36,858 bases of DNA from a virus, in IMG/VR virus record IMGVR_UViG_3300046455_000369. One strand, given 5' to 3'. The notes beneath the pieces were generated by a model, which saw only the letters and a list, made by a program, of their open reading frames with translations, did not search any database and was not told the origin of the DNA. Positions within the stretch are counted from its first letter, which is position 1, and each line of letters begins with the position of its first letter. Positions 30,350 through 36,858 of this stretch are shown here, one piece after another. The position numbers were made by a program, and so were the translations under genes.

Positions 30350-31677
30350 ACCTCCTGCAGCGCGCCTTCCAGCGCTTCGACCTCGCCTCGGCCCTCGACG
30401 ACGCCGGCTGGGCGGTGAACGGCAACACCTACTTCGGCCTCGGCCGCCCCGTGGGCGGCGAGGAGCGCTCGTCGGCCTGGGACTTCGAGGCCGCGGTCCG
30501 GTTCGCGTACAAGCGGAACGGTCCGGTGTTCGCGCTCATGCTGGTGCGGCAGCTGGTGTTCTCCGAGGCCCGCTTCCAGTTCCGGCAGATCCGCAACGGC
30601 CGGCCGGGCGAGCTTTTCGGTACGCAGGCGCTGGCGCCCCTGGAGACGCCGTGGGCGGGCGGGACGACGGGCAAGATGCTGTCCCGGCTGATCCAGGACG
30701 GCGACCTGAACGGGAACGGGTTCGTCACCAACTACAACCCGGGCCGGCTGAAGCGACTCCGTCCGGACTGGGTCATCATCGTGACTGCCTCGCAGGAGGA
30801 ACCGCACCTTGCCGGTGACGCGATCGACAGCGATCTGGTCGGCTACGGCTACGCGCCGCAAGGGAACTGGGACAACCCGGTGTTCCTGCTGCCCGAACAG
30901 GTCGCGCACTTCGCTCCGATCCCGGATCCGGAGTTTCACTTCCGGGGAATGTCGTGGCTGACTCCGGTCGTCCGGGAGATCACGTCCGACTCGGCGGCGA
31001 CCTCGCACAAGCTGAAGTTCTTCGAGAACGGGGCGACCCCGCAGCTGGTGGTGTCCTACTCCGACAAGATCACCCCCGACAACTTCGCGAAGTTCAAGGC
31101 GGCGATGGAGGTCAGTCACGCGGGCGTCGACAACGCCTACCGCACTCTCTACCTGGGTGGTGGGGCCGATGTGACGGTCGCGGGCAAGGATCTCCACCAA
31201 CTGGACTTCAGCACCGTGCAAGGAGCCGGTGAGTCCCGGCTCGCGGCCGCAGCGGGCGTCCCTCCGTCGATCGTCGGGTTCTCCGAAGGGCTGGACGGCT
31301 CGTCGCTGAACGCGGGCAACTACACGGCCGCCCGCCGCCGGTTCGCGGACGCCACGATGCGCCCGCTGTGGCGGGAGGCCGCAGGTGCCCTGTCCACGCT
31401 GATCGAGGTCCCGGCGGGCGCTGAGCTCTGGTACGACGAGCGGGACGTGGCGTTCCTGCGCGAGGACAGCAAGGACGCCGCCGAGATCCAGGGCGTCAAG
31501 TCCCGCACGATCCGCCAGCTGACCGACGCGGGGTTCGAGCCGACCACGGTCATCGCTGCCATCGAGGCCGACGACTTCGCCCTGCTGCGCCACACCGGCC
31601 TGTACTCCGTGCAGCTGCAGGCCCCCGGCGCAGGACAGTCCAACCCACCCGCCCCACAGTCCACGGAGGAGCCGTGA
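30346..31677 (+). CDS. Portal protein (HK97-type), 443 aa
   Basis: Size and position after terL. Typical portal motifs: VFALMLVRQLVFSEARFQFRQ and LIQDGDLNGNGFV. Confidence 0.9.
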   Translation: MNLLQRAFQRFDLASALDDAGWAVNGNTYFGLGRPVGGEERSSAWDFEAAVRFAYKRNGPVFALMLVRQLVFSEARFQFRQIRNGRPGELFGTQALAPLETPWAGGTTGKMLSRLIQDGDLNGNGFVTNYNPGRLKRLRPDWVIIVTASQEEPHLAGDAIDSDLVGYGYAPQGNWDNPVFLLPEQVAHFAPIPDPEFHFRGMSWLTPVVREITSDSAATSHKLKFFENGATPQLVVSYSDKITPDNFAKFKAAMEVSHAGVDNAYRTLYLGGGADVTVAGKDLHQLDFSTVQGAGESRLAAAAGVPPSIVGFSEGLDGSSLNAGNYTAARRRFADATMRPLWREAAGALSTLIEVPAGAELWYDERDVAFLREDSKDAAEIQGVKSRTIRQLTDAGFEPTTVIAAIEADDFALLRHTGLYSVQLQAPGAGQSNPPAPQSTEEP

Positions 31678-32489
31678 TGGACGCATTCACGCGCAGCTTC
31701 CCGCTGGAGGACATCCATGTCCGTACCGGCGGGGACGGCCGCACGGTCGAGGCGTATGCCGCGGTGTTCGACACCCCGACGGAAATCTACGACCAGGACG
31801 GCCACTACAACGAGGTCATCGACCGCCGGGCATTCGACCGCACCCTCAGCCAGCTGGCCCCGGCGGGCAGCCGCACCAACTGGCGTGTGGGCGTGCTCTA
31901 CAACCACGGCCGGACCCTGTTCGGTACGCCGTCGGAGCGCGGGGCGATGCCGATCGGCGCCCCGGTGCAGATCAAGGCCGACAACCGGGGCCTGCTCACG
32001 GTGACCCGCTACAACCGGACCGAGCTGGCCGACGAGGTGCTGGAGAACATCCGCGAGGGCTCCATCACTGCGCAGTCGTTCAGCGGCGGCTTCCTGCGCT
32101 CGGACCCCGGGCGGGCACCGCGCGGCGGCTACCGGCCCGACGCCAACGGGAAGCTGCGCACCGTCCGCCGCCAGGAGATCGCCCTGCGGGAGTACGGACC
32201 CACCCCGTTCCCCGCCTACCCCGACGCCGCCGTTGTCGGCGTCCGCGCCGAGCAGGTAGCACGACTGCTCGGCTCCCTTTCCTCCGGCGAGCGCGACGAG
32301 CTCGTCGAGATGCTTCGGACTGGCACCCCGCTGGACTCGCCTCAGGGTGAGCCTCCTGCGGGCCCGCCGGCCGCCGGCGACCCCGACCCGGGACCCGCCG
32401 CCGAGGACCCGCCCGCAGGGCACTCCGCTCGGCAGAAGATCGCATGGGCCAAGGTCCGTGCAGAGATCATGGCCAGGAGGGCCCTGTGA
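31674..32489 (+). CDS. Prohead (capsid maturation) serine protease, HK97 family
   Basis: MDAFTRSFPLEDIHVRTGGDGRTVEAYAAVFDTPTEI...VIDRRAFDRTL...VLYNHG. It lies between portal and capsid. Start is GTG 31674 or ATG 31677. Confidence 0.85.
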   Translation: MMDAFTRSFPLEDIHVRTGGDGRTVEAYAAVFDTPTEIYDQDGHYNEVIDRRAFDRTLSQLAPAGSRTNWRVGVLYNHGRTLFGTPSERGAMPIGAPVQIKADNRGLLTVTRYNRTELADEVLENIREGSITAQSFSGGFLRSDPGRAPRGGYRPDANGKLRTVRRQEIALREYGPTPFPAYPDAAVVGVRAEQVARLLGSLSSGERDELVEMLRTGTPLDSPQGEPPAGPPAAGDPDPGPAAEDPPAGHSARQKIAWAKVRAEIMARRAL

Positions 32490-33946
32490 CCGTCACGAAG
32501 AAGACGAAGAAGTCCGACAAGCTGAAGGAGTCTCTGGACGCGATCCGCTCCGAGCTCCTGGAGCTGGAAGAGGTCGAGGAGCCGACCGAGGAGCAGGCGT
32601 CGCGTGCGACCGAGCTGCTCGGCGAGTTCGACACCACCCAGCAGGCCTACAACGAGCAGGTCGACCACGAGCGGCGCGTCGACGCCGTCCGCGCCGCCGC
32701 GCTCACCCCGGGTGGGCAGGAGCGCACCCCGGGGGAGGGCCCCGAGTTCCTGCGGCACCGGGGAAACCCCTACGAGGACCTCGACCGGGTGCGGGGCGCC
32801 AACCTCATGGAGCGGTCCACGGTCGGCGATCTCCGTTCGCGTGCGCTGTACGCGGTGGAACTCGCGGCCGAGGCCCTGACTGCGGACCAGCAGGAGCGGG
32901 CCGAGGGGCTCGTGCGGTCCGACCGCCGCGGCCGGATCGCGCAGCACATCCTGCTCACCGGATCGGACGAGTACCAGCGCGCGTTCGAGTCCCTCCTGTC
33001 GAACGCCGGGAACCCGGCGCTGCTGGAGGACGACGAGTACGCGGCGTACAAGCTGGCCGAGGCTCACCGGCGGGCGATGACTCTGACCGACGCGGCGGGC
33101 GGCTTCCTGGTGCCGTTCACCCTGGACCCGACGATCATCCTCACGAACGCTGGCTCGGCCAACCCGTTCCGGCAGGTCGCGACGACCAAGACCATCACCA
33201 CCGACACGTGGAACGGCGTGTCCAGCGCCGGCGTCACCGCGTCGTGGCTGGCCGAGGCCAACCAGGTCTCCGACAACTCGCCGAGCTTCGCGCAGCCGTC
33301 CATCACGCCGCAGAAGGCCGCGGCATGGGTGCAGGGCTCGTTCGAGGTCCTGGCCGACTCCGGGTTCGGCGCCGAGGTGGGCCCGCTCCTCGCGGACGCC
33401 AAGGACCGCCTGGAGGCCACCGCGTTCGCCACCGGCTCCGGCACCGGACAGCCCAAGGGCGTCATCACCGCCGTGTCCGCGGTGGGCGGCTCGGTCGTCA
33501 ACTCGGCGTCCACCGACACCTACGCGGTCGCCGACGTGTACGCCGTCGAGCAGGCGCTGCCGCCCCGCTACCGGCTCACCGGCTCCCCGTCGTGGATGGC
33601 GAACAAGGCCATCATCAACAAGACCCGGCAGTTCGACACCGCCGGCGGCTCCAGCTTCTGGGCCAACCTCGGCATGGGCCAGCCCGAGCAGCTGCTCGGC
33701 GCCCCCATCTACGAGGCGTCGGCGATGGACGGCGTCATCAACGCCAGCCAGGAGAACTACGCGCTGCTGCTCGGCGACTTCCGCAACTTCTACATCGTGG
33801 ACCGTGTCGGCATGACCATGGTCTACGAGCCGCTCGTCAAGGGCGCCAACGGCCGCCCGACCGGTGAGGCCGGCTGGTTCGCCTACTGGCGGGTCGGGTC
33901 GGACGTCGTCAACGCCGACGCGTTCCGGCTCCTGGACATCACCTGA
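32486..33946 (+). CDS. Major capsid protein, HK97 fold, with an N-terminal coiled-coil delta/scaffold domain (486 aa)
   Basis: GTGA overlap start at 32486. The N-terminal helical region is KLKESLDAIRSELLELEEVEE. The core has LTDAAGGFLVPFTLDPTIIL. Confidence 0.9.
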   Translation: MTVTKKTKKSDKLKESLDAIRSELLELEEVEEPTEEQASRATELLGEFDTTQQAYNEQVDHERRVDAVRAAALTPGGQERTPGEGPEFLRHRGNPYEDLDRVRGANLMERSTVGDLRSRALYAVELAAEALTADQQERAEGLVRSDRRGRIAQHILLTGSDEYQRAFESLLSNAGNPALLEDDEYAAYKLAEAHRRAMTLTDAAGGFLVPFTLDPTIILTNAGSANPFRQVATTKTITTDTWNGVSSAGVTASWLAEANQVSDNSPSFAQPSITPQKAAAWVQGSFEVLADSGFGAEVGPLLADAKDRLEATAFATGSGTGQPKGVITAVSAVGGSVVNSASTDTYAVADVYAVEQALPPRYRLTGSPSWMANKAIINKTRQFDTAGGSSFWANLGMGQPEQLLGAPIYEASAMDGVINASQENYALLLGDFRNFYIVDRVGMTMVYEPLVKGANGRPTGEAGWFAYWRVGSDVVNADAFRLLDIT

Positions 33947-34014
33947 TCCCATCCACCCCGACGGGCGTGGCCGGCTTCCCGCTGGCTGCGTCCGTTCCTG
34001 TTCCAGGAGCTGCG

Positions 34015-34290
34015 ATGTACCGCGCGAAGGACACGTTCTGGGCGCCGGACAACCGGCGCATCGTCAAGGGCGACCTGGTGGCCCCGCACGACCCTGTGGT
34101 CGAGGGCCGCGAGGAGCTGTTCGAGGAGGTCGTCATCCCTCAGGCCGTCGCTAAGCCGACGCCTGTCAAGAAGACCGCGGCCGCGAAGCCGGCCGCCAAG
34201 AAGACCGCGGCCACCAAGCCGGCGGATGCCGGTGACGAGGGCTCCGGCGACGACTCCGGCGCGGGGACGGACGGAGGCGACGGCAAGTGA
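34015..34290 (+). CDS. Small structural-module protein with an Ala/Lys/Pro-rich basic tail and acidic Gly/Asp end (91 aa)
   Basis: RBS caggagc, ATG 34015. Tail: ...AKPTPVKKTAAAKPAAKKTAATKPADAGDEGSGDDSGAGTDGGDGK*. Confidence 0.5.
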   Translation: MYRAKDTFWAPDNRRIVKGDLVAPHDPVVEGREELFEEVVIPQAVAKPTPVKKTAAAKPAAKKTAATKPADAGDEGSGDDSGAGTDGGDGK

Positions 34291-34709
34291 AGCGCACCGT
34301 CTACAGCCACGTTCGCGCGAAAGCGTCCCTGGCCATCGCCGCCAGGACCAGCACCGTCAACGGCACGGCCGTGGACCGGCAGCTGTCGGGGGCGTCCGGC
34401 ACGAACGAGTGGTTCGGTTCCGCGATGCTGCTGGTCCACACCGGCACCATCACCGACGGCACCCACGCCATCACCCTGGAAGTGTCGGACGACAACTCCA
34501 GCTGGGGCGCGGCGGCCGCCGCCGATCTACAGGGCTCACTGCCCTCGATCGCGGCCACCGACGACGACAAGCTGTACGAGATCGGCTACACCGGCACCAA
34601 GCGCTACCTGCGTGCGGTGACCACCCCGACCGGCACCACCACCGGCGGCGTGTACGGGGCGACGATCCTGCTCGGCTTCCCCACCGTCCTGCCCCTGTCC
34701 CGGACGTAA
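34287..34709 (+). CDS. Head-module protein of unknown role (140 aa; decoration/accessory candidate)
   Basis: GTGA overlap start. Predicted beta-rich (HAITLEVSDDNSSWGAA...YEIGYTGTKRYLRAV). It lies between the capsid and head-tail adaptor genes. Confidence 0.5.
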   Translation: MKRTVYSHVRAKASLAIAARTSTVNGTAVDRQLSGASGTNEWFGSAMLLVHTGTITDGTHAITLEVSDDNSSWGAAAAADLQGSLPSIAATDDDKLYEIGYTGTKRYLRAVTTPTGTTTGGVYGATILLGFPTVLPLSRT

Positions 34710-34719
34710 GGGGGCTGCG

Positions 34720-35283
34720 GTGGCACTGCTGACCTTGGAAGAAGCCAAGCAGCAGCTCAACCTCACCACGTCCACGGACGATGCCGAGCTGCAGGTGTAC
34801 GTGAACGGCGTCACCGACGCCATCGAGGCCCACGTGGGCCCGGTGGAGAACCGGGAGGTCACCGAGCTCCACGACCTCCCGGCCGGCGGCGCCCGAGCCC
34901 TTGTCCTGCGGCAGCTTCCGGCGGTGTCACTGACCAGCGTGGCGGCGGTCCTGAGCGGCAGCACCGGGTACGACGCTGCCGCACTCGACGTGGACGGACC
35001 CACCGGGGTGGTGCGCCGCCTGGACGGCGGCCGCCTGTACGGGCCACTGCGCATCACCTACACCGCCGGACGCGGCACCGTCCCGGACACCATCAACCTG
35101 GCTGCCCGGATCATGGTGCAGCACCTGTGGCGCACCCAGTACGGGGCCTCCCGCGCCCTGCCGTCCGTGGGTGGCGGTGACGACGTCTCGGTGAGCGAGC
35201 CCATCTCCGGCTGGGGGTACGCGATCCCGTTCCGGGTCCTGCAGCTCCTGGAGCCGTACAAGTTGCCCCCGGCGGTGTTCTGA
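34720..35283 (+). CDS. Head-tail connector/adaptor (gp6-like), 187 aa
   Basis: LTLEEAKQQLNLTTSTDDAELQVYVNGVTDAIEAHVG is the typical gp6-family N-terminus. Confidence 0.7.
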   Translation: MALLTLEEAKQQLNLTTSTDDAELQVYVNGVTDAIEAHVGPVENREVTELHDLPAGGARALVLRQLPAVSLTSVAAVLSGSTGYDAAALDVDGPTGVVRRLDGGRLYGPLRITYTAGRGTVPDTINLAARIMVQHLWRTQYGASRALPSVGGGDDVSVSEPISGWGYAIPFRVLQLLEPYKLPPAVF

Positions 35284-35753
35284 TGGCCGTGACGACATCC
35301 CGGGTACCGGCGGCCGTCGACGCCCTGCTCACCATCCTGCGGGCCGCCCCCGGCCTGGCGGACGTCCTCATCATCGACGGGCCCGCGACTACCAACCTGA
35401 CATCGCTCCGGCATGTGTTCGTCGGCTGGTCGCCCAGCGGGGACGCGGCCGTAGGCCTGCAGCAAGCGTTCAACGCTGCGGGCGCGCGCACTAGGGACGA
35501 GGCGTTCGAGATCACCTGCTACGCGGAAGCCCGCGCTGGTGACACCGATATGAAGGCCCGCCGGGACGAGGTGTTCGCGCTCGTTGGCGAAGTTGAGACC
35601 GCGCTGCGTGCGACCAACGAGACGCCGACGGCACCCACCCTGCTCGGCACCGTGCTGTGGGCGCATCTGACCGCCGGTGACCTGACCCAAGTGCAGTCCG
35701 ACGGCAGCCTCGCCGGGCTGGCGTTCACGGTGACCTGCCAGGCCCGCATCTGA
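35283..35753 (+). CDS. Tail terminator / neck protein candidate (DUF3168-like), 156 aa
   Basis: TGATG overlap start. Motifs: VPAAVDALLTILRAAPGLADVLIIDG...FTVTCQARI. It lies upstream of the tail tube gene. Confidence 0.5.
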   Translation: MAVTTSRVPAAVDALLTILRAAPGLADVLIIDGPATTNLTSLRHVFVGWSPSGDAAVGLQQAFNAAGARTRDEAFEITCYAEARAGDTDMKARRDEVFALVGEVETALRATNETPTAPTLLGTVLWAHLTAGDLTQVQSDGSLAGLAFTVTCQARI

Positions 35754-35775
35754 TCCACACGACAAGGAGAGACCC

Positions 35776-35994
35776 ATGGCGCGAGTGCGCTACCTGGGGC
35801 ACGAGCAGGTGACCGTGCCCGAGCTGGGCCGGACCGTCGAGCCCGACGAGATCGTCGAAGTCCCCGACGAACGGTTCGAGGGCTACGCGTGCCAGCCCTC
35901 GAACTGGGAGCCGATCGAGGAGCCCAAGCCCGCCGAGGAGCCCGAGGCTCCGGCGGCCAAGAAGACCACCGCCAAGACGGCGAAGGAGGGCTGA
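35776..35994 (+). CDS. Small protein with an acidic Pro/Glu linker and a basic AAKKTTAKTAK tail (72 aa)
   Basis: RBS aaggagag, ATG 35776; track ORF. Confidence 0.5.
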   Translation: MARVRYLGHEQVTVPELGRTVEPDEIVEVPDERFEGYACQPSNWEPIEEPKPAEEPEAPAAKKTTAKTAKEG

Positions 35995-35997
35995 TCC

Positions 35998-36858
35998 ATG
36001 GCGATCGGATCCGGTCTCGGCGCCCAGCTGGGTATCAGCGCTGAGAGCACCTACGGCACCTATGTGGCGCCCACGAAGTTCGTGGAGTTCACCAAGGAGT
36101 CGCTGGTCCTGAAGAAGACCACCGCGCAGTCTGCCGGCATCGCGGCTGGCCGTCTGCTGCCGCTGTCGTCCCGGCGGGTCATCACCCGCAAGGAGGTCAG
36201 CGGGACGATTGACCTGGAGGTGGCCAACAAGGGCATGGGGCTCCTGTTCCAGGCCCTCATGGGGACGTCGGTCACGCCGGTGCAGCAGGCTGCTTCGACC
36301 GCGTACCTGCAGACGCACACGCTCGCCGACACGGCCGGGAAGAGCCTCACGATCCAGAAGGGCGTGCCGCTCACCACGGGCACGGTCACGGACAAGTCGT
36401 TCCTGGGCTGCAAGGTCACCAGCGCGGAGTTCTCGTGCGAGGTCGGCGGCATGCTGACTGTCACGTTCGAGTTCGACGGCAAGGACTGCGACGAGGGCCA
36501 GACGCTGGCCGTCGCCTCGTACTCGAACATGTCCCCGTTCAACTTCGCGCAGATGGCCTTCAAGACCGGCACGTTCGGCTCGGAGGCCGCGCTGGACGGC
36601 ATCCGCAAGGTGTCCTGCAAGATCGAGCGGGCGATGGACGTGGAGCGGTTCTACGCCAACCAGGCCGCGCTGAAGAAGGAGCCCATCTCGAACGACCTGG
36701 TCAAGATCAGCGGGTCGATCGAGAAGGACTACGTCGCGACGACGCTGGACGACCTGCACACCTCAGACGGGGCGACGGCGATGGTGTGGGAGTTCATCGG
36801 CCCGATCATCGCCTCGACCTACAACGAGACGTTCAGGATCAAGCTGCCCGCGATCAAG
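35998..36858 (+). CDS. Major tail (tube) protein, 5' portion (runs off the window end; continues at 128-253)
   Basis: GAAGGAGGG RBS, ATG 35998. Hand translation: MAIGSGLGAQLGISAESTYGTYVAPTKFVEFTKESLVLKK...FEFDGKDCDEG..., with no stop before the window end. It is absent from the ORF track for that reason. Confidence 0.75.
   Translation, partial: MAIGSGLGAQLGISAESTYGTYVAPTKFVEFTKESLVLKKTTAQSAGIAAGRLLPLSSRRVITRKEVSGTIDLEVANKGMGLLFQALMGTSVTPVQQAASTAYLQTHTLADTAGKSLTIQKGVPLTTGTVTDKSFLGCKVTSAEFSCEVGGMLTVTFEFDGKDCDEGQTLAVASYSNMSPFNFAQMAFKTGTFGSEAALDGIRKVSCKIERAMDVERFYANQAALKKEPISNDLVKISGSIEKDYVATTLDDLHTSDGATAMVWEFIGPIIASTYNETFRIKLPAIK
36732..36858. repeat. Window-terminal overlap, copy 2 (identical to 1-127)
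   Basis: Direct comparison of both window ends: 127/127 identical. Confidence 0.95.

Larger units (their letters stand above)
1..36731. mobile_element. Complete genome unit of a temperate high-GC actinobacterial siphovirus (circularly permuted in this window)
   Basis: 1-127 are identical to 36732-36858, giving a 36,731-bp closed unit. Packaging, head, tail, lysis, integration, immunity and replication modules are all present. Genes are almost all on the + strand with GC3 bias and overlapping start/stop codons. Confidence 0.85.

Noticed and set aside
32342-33952. 536-aa minus-strand ORF and 506-aa alternative + frame ORF over the capsid gene
   Set aside because: These are shadow ORFs. Only the 32486-33946 frame gives an HK97-type capsid sequence.
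1-36858. tRNA, rRNA, tmRNA, transposase/IS elements, reverse transcriptase (DGR/retron), toxin-antitoxin pairs
   Set aside because: I saw no cloverleaf-like or conserved RNA sequences and no recognisable protein motifs for these on either strand. A tRNAscan/Infernal run would be needed to exclude small RNAs formally.

Overview
The window closes on itself. Bases 1-127 are identical to 36732-36858, and the junction lies inside a tail gene, so this is one complete 36,731-bp circularly permuted replicon. By gene content it is a temperate siphovirus of a high-GC actinomycete (Streptomyces-like codon usage, strong GC3 bias, many ATGA/GTGA start-stop overlaps). Almost all genes are on the + strand.

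Gene order on the + strand:
- Tail: tail tube gene (wraps across the junction), gp10-like protein, tail chaperone with a -1 frameshift, tape measure, an enlarged Dit with lectin-like inserts, and small tail-tip proteins.
- Lysis: endolysin, holin, membrane proteins, and a collagen-like secreted protein.
- Lysogeny island: a short GntR-type regulator (- strand), three small Cys-rich proteins, a candidate attP region, a large serine integrase, and a cI-like (- strand) / Cro-like switch.
- Early operon: J-domain protein, primase-polymerase/helicase, SSB, and many small ORFs.
- A block resembling an actinomycete conjugative element: polytopic membrane protein, small membrane proteins, a TraB/FtsK-type translocase, a dense repeat array, and an excisionase-type HTH.
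- A lipoprotein, an HNH endonuclease, a P-loop protein, a cos-like region, TerS/TerL, portal, protease, HK97-type capsid, and connector proteins.

The most interesting signal is this combination of a complete phage with AICE/plasmid-type transfer hallmarks (TraB-like motor, Spd/DUF2637-like membrane proteins, a clt-like repeat array, a Kor-like GntR regulator, a prim-pol replicase).

All calls come from reading the sequence and ORF track by eye. No database searches were run, and start codons are manual estimates.
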